From Candidatus Bathyarchaeia archaeon (lineage in GTDB: Archaea > Thermoproteota > Bathyarchaeia > Bathyarchaeales > Bathycorpusculaceae): a DNA stretch of 33,354 nucleotides. The first letter of the stretch is position 1. Each line of letters opens with the position of its first letter. A program made the translations under genes and the position numbers. Positions 1-9,250 of this stretch are shown here, in pieces. Below the pieces are notes generated by a model that saw only the letters and a program-made list of their open reading frames with translations, made no database searches and had not been told where the DNA came from. Location: assembly GCA_050012755.1 (NCBI GenBank), contig JBEKGO010000028.1, positions 1 to 33,354 of the forward strand, in the 5' to 3' direction.

Positions 1-156
1 CAATAGGAAAGAATAAGGAGTTATATGAAACCCAGCACCCAGAAAAATGGCAAAAAATGGTAACAGCAACATGAGGTATCCGAAGTATGGAAAAAGCCTC
101 ATCGACTGGATTAACCCCACAACTGTTGAAATAGTTTTGTTGGAGTCACCTTTCAA
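1..156 (-). CDS. 5' part of a membrane protein, possibly UbiA prenyltransferase family (runs off the window)
   Basis: Not in the ORF track. A TTG at 156 opens a frame to the window edge: MKGDSNKTISTVVGLIQSMRLFPYFGYLMLLLPFFAIFLGAGFHITPYSFLL. 'LIQSMR' followed by a hydrophobic helix resembles UbiA-family N-termini, but the diagnostic Asp-rich motifs lie outside the window. Confidence 0.4.
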   Translation of the reverse strand, partial: MKGDSNKTISTVVGLIQSMRLFPYFGYLMLLLPFFAIFLGAGFHITPYSFLL

Positions 157-182
157 GTTTGTTATTCTGTTTCACCATGAAA

Positions 183-929
183 TTATTTTGATGCCATTCT
201 AGATTTAATGTTCTCTTTATCGTTTGCTTGTTTAGTAGCAAATTTAAGTAAAGCGATTAATATAAATGGCAGCATTGTTGCTATACCAATAAGCGCAAAT
301 TCTGGGTGGTTATTATCTATGGATAGTGTCGCATTCCCGATAAGGTAACTTAAGTAAACTAAAACGATAGTAAATTGATTTACCTGATTGTTAATTCTCG
401 GTTCTTTTAGATTTTGTGTTCGCTTTGTGTATAAGCCGCTTGCTCTAAAAATTAAAGTACAACTGAATACCACTGAAAACCAGCCTATAAAATTTGAAAT
501 TGGAATATTATAATAAGGACCGCCGTTTATCCAAGTCCAAGCTCCAATAGAAACAGCGTAAGGATCCAGAATCATGTCTAAATTCATAGCAGCTAAGCCT
601 GCTATTGAAGAAAGCAAAATAATTGTTAAAAGATATTTCCAACTTTTGTTTACGTTGTCGCTTCTTTCTGGACTAAGTGTTGAGAGAATCAAGTTTGACA
701 AATTGTAACATACATAAATTATTACTGCCCACGAGAGTGGTGTTTGTATTGACATTATTCCCAGTAAAGTTCGCATTGACTCTTTGTAGTAATATGGTCC
801 AAAAACCCAGCCGTACAATATGCCAAAAAGTTCAGAAAAAAAGCCAAACAACAGGGCGAGAGTAAAGAAAAAAGCTGTTCTCTTTTTCCCAAGGGTTAAA
901 GACGAATGAAAAATAACGAATACAAACAA
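183..929 (-). CDS. CruF-like / 'carotenoid biosynthesis protein' (DUF422) membrane hydratase family; true start probably further upstream
   Basis: Motifs SELFGILYGWVFGPYYY, PLSW, DMILDP, WTW and YYNIPISNFIGWF in a multi-TM protein. The frame stays open for another 63 codons upstream (to 1118) and encodes an additional TM helix. Confidence 0.8.
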   Translation of the reverse strand: MFVFVIFHSSLTLGKKRTAFFFTLALLFGFFSELFGILYGWVFGPYYYKESMRTLLGIMSIQTPLSWAVIIYVCYNLSNLILSTLSPERSDNVNKSWKYLLTIILLSSIAGLAAMNLDMILDPYAVSIGAWTWINGGPYYNIPISNFIGWFSVVFSCTLIFRASGLYTKRTQNLKEPRINNQVNQFTIVLVYLSYLIGNATLSIDNNHPEFALIGIATMLPFILIALLKFATKQANDKENIKSRMASK

Positions 930-1118
930 GAAATAGAAGCTAAATCCACTGAAAGAATAAAGTAAATGAAAGAACCGCTCTGAAACTGGGAAGCTTGAAC
1001 CCCATATGTTTATCGCGTCTGTTATCAGGTATAAAGCAAATATACAGATCAGGATTTTCTGTATTCTTGCAACACTATTTCCAATGGCGTGCTTTGTTTT
1101 AAATAGTTTGAAAGATTT

Positions 1119-2471
1119 TCACCTTTCGAATAGAGAATTGGAGTTCTTGAAACCAATTAGCTTTGAAGATAAAACTGACAAATGAAGAGCCCATAAGAAT
1201 TCTGTTGGCATGAAGACTTCAAAACATATTCCAAATTGACCCAGTCTTCTGAAATTCATGCCTCCCACCTTATAGCCAAGTTTCTTTAGAATATTTGCAT
1301 TCCAGTTCGAATAGAAATTCCTATAAGCTTTGCTTTTTGGAAAACAACTGTTCGGGACAATTACGACTATTTGTTTACAAACCCTCTCGACTGAATGAAT
1401 GCGTTTTAAAGCATTATTTTGAGGGAGGTACTCAAGAACACCGACAAGAATACCAGTGCAGAAACTTTTCTCTCTGAATGGCATTTGGTCAATATTGCAT
1501 AATACATATTCTTTGTGAACCCCTGTTTTCTTGCTTGCTACAAGATAAGCCTTATCGTTGCTGATACCTACGCTATAATTTCCCTGCATTAACGATTTTA
1601 CTTTGATTTGTTCAAGAGGTATGCTCCCCGAATCCAAGATGAAATCGCATTCCATTTCACTTAAGCATATCTTTTTGTTTATGGAAAGATATTCTGCGCA
1701 TTCTTCTCTTTTTTCTATAAGAAGTTTAGTTATACAAGAAGGAGCGTTATCTAAAAGATAGTGAAAACACTTTTCGCTTATGCTTCGGGAAGAAATTCTT
1801 CCACCAGCTGTTTTGTATACCCCATCTTTTACTGCCCAGTTTTTTTGCAGTAGCCTTAGGTTATCTATGGTCAAATCGCCAGCATTAAGCGAGGCAACCG
1901 TGACAGAGTTATGCTTTGTAAACAATGGTAAAACATAAACTTTGTAACCACTTTTTTTTGCAGAAAGACAATAATCTGCACCATATGAGTGAAAACTGAA
2001 GCTTTCGTCAAATTTCATCTTTTCAAATTGTTTTTTTGGTACAACTAGTAGTTGTTCATCCAGAGTCTGAGCTGAAATAACTTTTTCTAGAGGTGAACCC
2101 CAAAGTTCGCCTCTATCCTGAACGAATCCGACATAATTACCATTATCGTCAACGCCGGCTACTCCAGCGACGCCCATATCTGACAAATTCTTCACACATT
2201 TCCGAAGGTTTCGTAGCCAAGAAATTCCATTTAGATAGACGTCCTGATGAACGAAGACTATATAATCACCGGCAGCTGAATTCCCACCATAATTGAGACC
2301 AGCCGGGATTGAATTAAATCTGCTAGATCTGTTATCGACCAATATCAATTCATAGGCTGTATCCTGAAGTTCTAGCGACTTCCGCAGATTAACTTTGAAA
2401 ACCTCCTCGTCATTCATGAGGCAAACGATTGAAATCGTCGCATCTATGGAGGTTTGGCTATTTGCCGACAT
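1119..2471 (-). CDS. GT2-like glycosyltransferase fused to a C-terminal class I SAM methyltransferase-like domain
   Basis: N-terminus has ISIVC, YELILVDN, FVHQDVY, TLDEQLL and FHSYGADYCL (GT-A fold). C-terminus has ILDSGS, IDQMPFREKSF and VLEYL, a degenerate Methyltransf_11-like pattern. Confidence 0.75.
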   Translation of the reverse strand: MSANSQTSIDATISIVCLMNDEEVFKVNLRKSLELQDTAYELILVDNRSSRFNSIPAGLNYGGNSAAGDYIVFVHQDVYLNGISWLRNLRKCVKNLSDMGVAGVAGVDDNGNYVGFVQDRGELWGSPLEKVISAQTLDEQLLVVPKKQFEKMKFDESFSFHSYGADYCLSAKKSGYKVYVLPLFTKHNSVTVASLNAGDLTIDNLRLLQKNWAVKDGVYKTAGGRISSRSISEKCFHYLLDNAPSCITKLLIEKREECAEYLSINKKICLSEMECDFILDSGSIPLEQIKVKSLMQGNYSVGISNDKAYLVASKKTGVHKEYVLCNIDQMPFREKSFCTGILVGVLEYLPQNNALKRIHSVERVCKQIVVIVPNSCFPKSKAYRNFYSNWNANILKKLGYKVGGMNFRRLGQFGICFEVFMPTEFLWALHLSVLSSKLIGFKNSNSLFER

Positions 2472-5400
2472 GACCTTCAGGTGGCACCCGTTTCGAGCTT
2501 TTTGTTTCTATGAAGCCAAGTTTTGCTTTATTATTGTGGTACTTTCTGATTAGTGTGAAAGCCAAGCATATGATTGCTATTACAATTAGAATATCCACAA
2601 TCCTTTCGGCTGTTTGAATCTCATTGACTCCATACAAGAGTGCTGTATCATTAAAATTGCCTTGGATTCGCAGGTATTTTAAGATTGCATAATTGCCCCC
2701 AAAAGAGAATGCGAGGTCAATATGCCCTTCAAAGGTGTAGGTATCCCCACTTAGAACTGACCCGCTAAACTCTCTGGGAAGGAGTAGATTTGGCCCGTAA
2801 CCGTTTAGATAATAAATAGTGCCCTTTCCGTCAGCTGTGACCACTGCCTCACGTATTAAAAGCTGCATCTGATCAGAATGAATGCTGATAGAACTGCCCT
2901 GCAATTCCATTTCAGATCCGTCTTCTGATCTAATAGTAACAATTGCGGGGGTTCCATGATAAGTCACAGTAACGTTGTTTGCAGATACATTTGTGTAAAA
3001 TGATTCGTAACCTGAAATATCGCAGCTTGCAGAAGTAGTTTCAAAATCTGTAGAAGAAACAGGAATGATTTCCCCGGCGTCTTTTATATCTAGCACTTTA
3101 CCATCACTGTTAATTGTTGCATGGGAGTAATTTGCTATAGCTGATGCTCCAGTGATTTTGATTGATCCACTAATGCGACTTTCATTGAAAGCGACAAAAT
3201 CGAGCTGATAGTTAATGTTGCTTGAAATTTGAGGGTTAGTTTCAACAGCATATAGAGGTATTTCGCTCAATAATGCAAAATTATCCCTTGCACTAGAATT
3301 TTCGATTCCATTAAATAAAGGGTAAATATTGTAGTAGTACATTGTGAATAATGTGCTTTCTTGTTTTATTATTAAAGGCGCAACAGAATCGTAGGTTGCT
3401 AAGACGTCAGCTGTTGTGTTTAATGGCAAAACTTCAATATTCGACGGGAGTCCGATAGTTCTTGAACTACAATTGATGTATTGAACGTCGACAGCGGTTT
3501 GATCTTGTTCGGATGAAACGTCAATATTAAATAATTTTGATGCAATATTTGAATAGCCATCAATATTAAATACCAACAAAGATTGGAATGATAGATCATA
3601 GTTATTTCTGTTGTTTATAAGGTATTGAGCGACTGTTTCACTGGTAACTATTAACGTAGTAGCATTTCTTATTGTATTGATGTCGGATAATAATGCTGTT
3701 GAATAATTCAAATTCTCCAAAGAGAGCATTGCGTATAGATTATAGAGACTGTCGTTTTTTGAAGTTTCATCCGGCAACACCAAGACTGTTTTGCTGTTTG
3801 AAGATGTAGGGCTTAGGTAAGGTATCTTAAAGACTGTTATATCATTATTTTCGTATGACGTGTTTGTAAACCTTGTAATATACGAAGACAGGAAACCTTG
3901 GGGAAAATTATTTTCAAGGATAGCTAATTCTTGTGAACTCAGAATTAGTTGAGTGGATGAATTGGCTAGACCTAAAGCTTTGTACTCGGGACTGACGCCC
4001 CATGAATTAGGAGATGCCAAAGCGTTAGTAACAAATTCGGGGCTGCCAGCCCACATCAAGTTGGAGAAAAGAGGGCTCCATATAGTTGGAATATACAATC
4101 CAAGTATGCTAGAACGAGAAGTTGGTCCTACCATAATAATTGGGTAAAGAGTTGATTTTGAATTAAGATAGTTGACGACTGAGGCTTGAGTTTCGTCCAA
4201 TTGCCCGACAGGTTTAGATAGCTTCTGCTGCTGCAATGCAAGGAACGTTGAAGTCATACCGCTCAGAACTATTAAGAAAACAAGCAAAGCGCATGTGACA
4301 ATCTTCAAAAGTCTTTTCGAACTTAACTTATTTCTTATAATTGAGAACCCTTTGATAATGGGTATAGGCGCGATTATAGCCATTACCGAAAAAGTGAAGG
4401 GAATTACCCTAGTTTCCCAATAAGGAATATAGTTGACGTATATCGTAAAAAATGTTAGAAATCGACCGACAAAAATGCTCACGAACACAATAATAATGAA
4501 GACAAAAAGCAAATTTTGTGACCGCTCTTTCAATAATATTATACAAGCAAAAATTGACAAGAGACCAACTATCCCTAATCGAACGGGATATATCTCAGTA
4601 GGGACTGCATTAATTGCATTAACGGCACTTGCAAGTGCTACGTAGTTCCTAAACCAATCAATTAAGAACGATAACCAAACTATTAAAAAGATAATAATAC
4701 CATAAAGTGCAATTTTTTCGGTTCGAAGGAGTGCTAGTCTATTCTTTAGGCGTTGGAAAACACCAACTTGTACTTCAAGAAATGCTAAGCTGACTAAAAA
4801 AATGACGATAATAATTACATACGAATCCAAAATGTCGAAGCCAGTTACAAAACGAAGAATCACGAAACTTGCTACACATAAAAGGATTGCCAAAAAGGTT
4901 GCTTTATATCTTAAGCTAAGTTTAGGAAGAAACAACGAAACAGCCGATAGAGACAAGGCAAAGAGAATAAACTCACTTAAGTGAACAAGCGCCAAAGTGA
5001 CAAGCAACAAAAATACAAGAAAAACAAAATGTTTTCTGCTCAGATCATTACGTCGCACCAAATAAATTAGCATAAAAGCAAGTGCAAACCCTACGCTAAA
5101 GGCTCTAAACCAATACCATAACCAAGTGCTTCCGCCCACCCAAAGGTCCAAACTAGACGCAGCGTTGATTACCCCCCAAGCTTGGCCGGGCTGCACATGA
5201 TTAGCAAGAAACAGATTGGAATAAGCTATCCAACTTAGTCCAGAAAAGGACACAAAAATTAAGGTAGCCAAAGTAGGCCCATCACTTGATTCTTCATAAT
5301 AGGCTTTTGCCATTATGTAAAATGCGGCAATAAGCACTAAATTCAAAAAAACCAAGGTAGACACAAAAACGTTTATGGAAACGTGGGAGCTTTGATTTAG

Positions 5401-6135
5401 AATTGCTTGCATCAAATTAAACCAGGGTTCTCTTGACACATAGATAGATGAGGCACTTGCCGTTCTTTGAGATTGCGAGTAAGGCTCAATCAAATCTGTA
5501 TGAGATATTTGAGGATAAAGCATACTAATTGAAAACAAGAAGAAGCTGAGTATTGCGACAACTGCTACTATTTCTTGATAAGAAAATCGAATTTCAATTT
5601 TGGACCCCCATTTTCTATGTCTATAAAACGAAAATGCAAGAAGCAAAATTGAAAGAACAAGAGAAACTAAGATGATTATGAAATTTCCTCCGAGTGCAAA
5701 AGAAGATGACGAAAGTATAGTGTAAGCAACGCAACTCACAAAAAATGACAGACCAAAAGATAGAACCGGGATCTCGAGAAACGAACGAAACGGTCTAAAA
5801 CTAACTAGACGCAAAATGGAATATCCTGGGATGAAGAAAATTAAAAAGAAACTCAACAGAAACGTCGCAATGCCACTTATCTGTAGCAAATCAATTATTA
5901 ACGCAGAAATAGCAAAAATAATAGGAATGTAATCAGGATTAATCGAAGTGAATGAAGAATTTATTTTGACTTGGCTCTTGTTGAGAGTAACATATAAAGC
6001 AAAACAAAAAAGAATAGAAAAGAAGTAGAACCAAAACTTCAACTCAGTATATATAATGCCGAAGTAAATTAAAGAACATAGCATAAACACGCCTAAGACT
6101 AACGCAATAGTCTTCACATTGAAAGGTTTCAACAT
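2458..6135 (-). CDS. Large polytopic membrane protein (1225 aa) with a big extracytoplasmic domain; GT-C-like candidate
   Basis: The first ~635 aa contain roughly 15-17 hydrophobic helices (FFIPGY motif, ETRVIPF loop). They are followed by a ~540-aa S/T/N-rich soluble region and a final TM helix with a basic tail. Confidence 0.6.
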   Translation of the reverse strand: MLKPFNVKTIALVLGVFMLCSLIYFGIIYTELKFWFYFFSILFCFALYVTLNKSQVKINSSFTSINPDYIPIIFAISALIIDLLQISGIATFLLSFFLIFFIPGYSILRLVSFRPFRSFLEIPVLSFGLSFFVSCVAYTILSSSSFALGGNFIIILVSLVLSILLLAFSFYRHRKWGSKIEIRFSYQEIVAVVAILSFFLFSISMLYPQISHTDLIEPYSQSQRTASASSIYVSREPWFNLMQAILNQSSHVSINVFVSTLVFLNLVLIAAFYIMAKAYYEESSDGPTLATLIFVSFSGLSWIAYSNLFLANHVQPGQAWGVINAASSLDLWVGGSTWLWYWFRAFSVGFALAFMLIYLVRRNDLSRKHFVFLVFLLLVTLALVHLSEFILFALSLSAVSLFLPKLSLRYKATFLAILLCVASFVILRFVTGFDILDSYVIIIVIFLVSLAFLEVQVGVFQRLKNRLALLRTEKIALYGIIIFLIVWLSFLIDWFRNYVALASAVNAINAVPTEIYPVRLGIVGLLSIFACIILLKERSQNLLFVFIIIVFVSIFVGRFLTFFTIYVNYIPYWETRVIPFTFSVMAIIAPIPIIKGFSIIRNKLSSKRLLKIVTCALLVFLIVLSGMTSTFLALQQQKLSKPVGQLDETQASVVNYLNSKSTLYPIIMVGPTSRSSILGLYIPTIWSPLFSNLMWAGSPEFVTNALASPNSWGVSPEYKALGLANSSTQLILSSQELAILENNFPQGFLSSYITRFTNTSYENNDITVFKIPYLSPTSSNSKTVLVLPDETSKNDSLYNLYAMLSLENLNYSTALLSDINTIRNATTLIVTSETVAQYLINNRNNYDLSFQSLLVFNIDGYSNIASKLFNIDVSSEQDQTAVDVQYINCSSRTIGLPSNIEVLPLNTTADVLATYDSVAPLIIKQESTLFTMYYYNIYPLFNGIENSSARDNFALLSEIPLYAVETNPQISSNINYQLDFVAFNESRISGSIKITGASAIANYSHATINSDGKVLDIKDAGEIIPVSSTDFETTSASCDISGYESFYTNVSANNVTVTYHGTPAIVTIRSEDGSEMELQGSSISIHSDQMQLLIREAVVTADGKGTIYYLNGYGPNLLLPREFSGSVLSGDTYTFEGHIDLAFSFGGNYAILKYLRIQGNFNDTALLYGVNEIQTAERIVDILIVIAIICLAFTLIRKYHNNKAKLGFIETKSSKRVPPEGHVGK

Positions 6136-6200
6136 GTTAAACGCACTAAAGGGATTCGGATGTTATTATGGATAACGCAATTACTTTAAGGCAAGATTAC

Positions 6201-6220
6201 AATTTTTAAAGTTTCTTTAT
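6201..6220 (-). promoter_or_regulatory. Candidate archaeal BRE/TATA internal promoter for the 1225-aa gene
   Basis: Minus strand reads ATAAAGAAAC TTTAAAAATT (purine-rich BRE-like element followed by TTTAAA) in the 87-bp gap upstream of the ATG at 6135. Confidence 0.35.
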
Positions 6221-6222
6221 CT

Positions 6223-7251
6223 TCACAGTCTTCTTCTGAGTTCGTACATCTCTGAAGGATATGGCAACATATACTTCTCAATTTTGCTGTCTGAGATATT
6301 TCTTAAATGTTGAACTTTTTGTCTAAGAGAATAAGTGCCTTTTAGATTTACCGCGTTCCAACGCAATGCTTTCGCCCAAGAGAAAATGTGCGGTTTCCTG
6401 TTTCTTAAAGACAAATACATCGCATATGCGAATGAGACCACATACCACATTAGCAACCGCTTAAGCAAATTCTCAGATCCATAATTCTTGATTAGAATTC
6501 TCAATTTTTCCCTAAATATTTGGTACGAATGATCCGTTGATAGGACAAATTTGGCTATAGTGCAACCACCATAATGATAACAAATGGAACGAGGATTTGT
6601 TACGATTTGATATCCCATGAGGCGAATCCGCCAACTTAGATCCACGTCTCCATTGAAGAGTTCCTTGTCGAATCTCTCAATTCTTTCAATAATTTCTCTT
6701 CTTACAATCATTGACGCACCAACTGCGTAAAAAAATCCACTTATTAATTCTCCATCACTTATAATTTTGTTGGAAGAAGAACCTTTTCCGTACACTCCAT
6801 GTAAACCACCAATAGATTGCAACTTTCCTGTCTTTGGTTCAACGAGTTTGCTTTGACAAATGGCAATACTCTGATGCATATTCATCACAATTAATAACTC
6901 ATCAAACCAATTCTCGTCAAGATACGTATCATTATTTAGAAAAATTACATATTTGCCTGAACATTGTTTCAGCCCGGAATTGTTTCCTTCACAAAAACCC
7001 AAGTTGGTTTTATTTGAAATTAACGTCATAGGTATTTCGGAATATTCTTCTTCCATAATTTCACGGAATACATCGATGCTGTGATCAGTTGAGGCATTGT
7101 CAACAAACAATATTTCAAAATTTTTATTTGTCTGACGAAATAAGGAAACAAATAAATCCCTGATAAATCGCTCGCCATTATAGTTTATTATTACGATTGA
7201 TGCCTCTTTTTGCAGAGTCCTATACGTTTCCTGCATAGAATTGTCCCGCAT
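6223..7251 (-). CDS. Glycosyltransferase family 2
   Basis: SIVIINYNG, FVDNASTD, NLGFCEGNN, FLNNDT and DVDLSWR motifs. Confidence 0.93.
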   Translation of the reverse strand: MRDNSMQETYRTLQKEASIVIINYNGERFIRDLFVSLFRQTNKNFEILFVDNASTDHSIDVFREIMEEEYSEIPMTLISNKTNLGFCEGNNSGLKQCSGKYVIFLNNDTYLDENWFDELLIVMNMHQSIAICQSKLVEPKTGKLQSIGGLHGVYGKGSSSNKIISDGELISGFFYAVGASMIVRREIIERIERFDKELFNGDVDLSWRIRLMGYQIVTNPRSICYHYGGCTIAKFVLSTDHSYQIFREKLRILIKNYGSENLLKRLLMWYVVSFAYAMYLSLRNRKPHIFSWAKALRWNAVNLKGTYSLRQKVQHLRNISDSKIEKYMLPYPSEMYELRRRL

Positions 7252-7311
7252 AGAATTGAACGATGATTATATTTACTTAAGTGTGAAACGCATTATCTGA
7301 ATAGATCTCAA

Positions 7312-7965
7312 TCATCCACTTACATACTTGAGTATTTTTGAATGAGTTGCAAAAAAGGGTGATTCAGTCTCAAAACTCTTCCATTTGTATTTGCAAGACA
7401 AATAGTGATATAGGACAGACCGTTTTCTGAGATAATCCACATTTGCGATATCTCTTTTCCTGCCTAATGCTGTGTATTCGTCGACTGTTAAGAGGATAAC
7501 GATTGCATTATTGGGAATTAAGTTAATGAAGCACTTTTCTAGCATTTCAGGAAAGAATGGTTTCTCAGTGTCGGCGATTACATCAACCAAGTTATCTACT
7601 GCACTTCTATCGAGAATTGATATCGAAGTAGAAGGTCTTAACGGACGATATACAAGAAGAAGATTGAAAATCATAGAATCAACAAGTTGAACCCAAGGCC
7701 ATAGGACACATAATGGCTTATAATCATGAAAACGATACAAAGAAATTTTTAATCCATTCTTGAGAGTTTTGACGTATGTTATTTTTAAGGCACGACAAAA
7801 CGCTAACACTGGTAGCGAAAAAAATATTCGACCATAACCACGCATCCAAATACTTTCAACTTTTCTCCCCGACTTTCTGAGCTCTTCGGCTAGTTTGTTG
7901 GCATGTCTACTTTTTCCTGAACCATCTATTCCCGAGAATATAATTGCCCTATGTTTTGAAGTCAT
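7312..7965 (-). CDS. Thymidylate-kinase-like P-loop kinase (polysaccharide-cluster type)
   Basis: P-loop FSGIDGSGKS and TMK-type LDRSAVDNLVD motif. Hydrophobic insertions and the glycosylation-cluster context argue against the housekeeping Tmk. Confidence 0.75.
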   Translation of the reverse strand: MTSKHRAIIFSGIDGSGKSRHANKLAEELRKSGRKVESIWMRGYGRIFFSLPVLAFCRALKITYVKTLKNGLKISLYRFHDYKPLCVLWPWVQLVDSMIFNLLLVYRPLRPSTSISILDRSAVDNLVDVIADTEKPFFPEMLEKCFINLIPNNAIVILLTVDEYTALGRKRDIANVDYLRKRSVLYHYLSCKYKWKSFETESPFFATHSKILKYVSG

Positions 7966-8017
7966 CTAAAACACAAGCTCGAGAAAGCGTCAAAGACTTT
8001 GGATATCTGCATTCGGT

Positions 8018-9250
8018 TCAAACGTTATTTTTTTTGTGCAGCACAAATTGGGAAGTTGTCTGACTGAGCAAATCTTGAGTCCAACGCCCCAAAACTTCAT
8101 AGGAAGGAAGAACTGAAGTGCAAATCTTTGCGCGTTCGCCCATTTTGGCTAACATATCAGGATTTTGAGTGCACAAATAAATTGTATTAGCTAGCCCGTG
8201 AGGATCATTCGGTTTGACTAAAAATCCCGTATCGGGGGTGACCAATTCAGGCAACCCGCACTTGTTTGTTACAATAACTGGCTTGCCTAAACCCAATGCC
8301 TCTAATACAGATAAAGGTGGTTCACTTTGAACAATTTTGAATGGAAACACGAGCAGATTAGAAGCTTCAATGTAATCATCAACAACTCGCTTGCTCAGTG
8401 TTCCAGAAACGATTTTAACAAAGTGCCCCAGTTCATAGGCTCTAATTAATTTCTGAAGGTAAGACTCAAAAGAATCATCTTCTTCAAAATCGTGGCGAGA
8501 GAGAATTAACATGCAAAAATGAACATTATCCTTTTTAAGGTATCGGGCTGATTGAAGTAATGTATCTGTTCCCCTTATAGTATTAGGGGAGCCCAAGTAA
8601 GTTATAATGAAGTCTTCTTTGGGCAAATTCAGTGATCTGCGTGCTTCGAAAGTATTAGATGATCGATCTAATATTTTAGATGAACTTTGAAATGCAAGAG
8701 GAGCAACGTGGATTTTTTGAGGTCTGACGCCAAACTTGCATAGGCTAGATTTGACAGCATTGCTAGGTACTGTAATTTTCGAAATCATTTTGTTGTTAAG
8801 TTTTCTCACGAGCAATTGACCAGGCAGCAATGAAACAGCCAAATGCAATCGATGGCTCCAAATTTCTTCTCGTGACAGCTTTCTTAAATCAGAAAAGGAA
8901 TAGTGCACACTACTTATATGAAGGATAATAGGGACGTCTACCTCTTTTAAGCGTGGTAAATATACTCCACTTAGAGAATTACCAAAAAAGTAAAGGATAT
9001 TGGGCTTAGTTTCTTTAATCAAACTCAAAGAAACGGCATCTATTTTGGACAAACTTGGAACTGGCAATTGGTGCAAAACAATATTGTCCTCGAAAATGCT
9101 AGGCGAAGAAGTTGAAGGCTGCCGGTTAGTAAATATGTTTACGTTTTCACCTAATTTACATAACTCTAAAGCGATTGTGCGGGCATAGCTCCATGGTTGC
9201 CTACTCTCAGTTTTCTTGTTTAAGCCATCAATCAGTATCGACAAATTCAA
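8018..9250 (-). CDS. Glycosyltransferase family 4
   Basis: GT-B C-terminal signature SEPPLSVLEALGLGKPVI...GLPELV...GFLVKPND. TTG start overlaps the upstream TGA. Confidence 0.9.
   Translation of the reverse strand: MNLSILIDGLNKKTESRQPWSYARTIALELCKLGENVNIFTNRQPSTSSPSIFEDNIVLHQLPVPSLSKIDAVSLSLIKETKPNILYFFGNSLSGVYLPRLKEVDVPIILHISSVHYSFSDLRKLSREEIWSHRLHLAVSLLPGQLLVRKLNNKMISKITVPSNAVKSSLCKFGVRPQKIHVAPLAFQSSSKILDRSSNTFEARRSLNLPKEDFIITYLGSPNTIRGTDTLLQSARYLKKDNVHFCMLILSRHDFEEDDSFESYLQKLIRAYELGHFVKIVSGTLSKRVVDDYIEASNLLVFPFKIVQSEPPLSVLEALGLGKPVIVTNKCGLPELVTPDTGFLVKPNDPHGLANTIYLCTQNPDMLAKMGERAKICTSVLPSYEVLGRWTQDLLSQTTSQFVLHKKNNV

Noticed and set aside
1119-1121. Selenocysteine recoding of the in-frame TGA
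   Set aside because: The codon falls at a domain boundary, not at a catalytic Cys position, and I recognised no SECIS-like element.
2458-6135. AglB/STT3 oligosaccharyltransferase call
   Set aside because: No WWDxG motif in the soluble domain.
7312-7965. Housekeeping thymidylate kinase (tmk)
   Set aside because: It lacks the usual (R)EP motif after the P-loop strand, has hydrophobic insertions and sits among glycosyltransferases, so no gene symbol was assigned.
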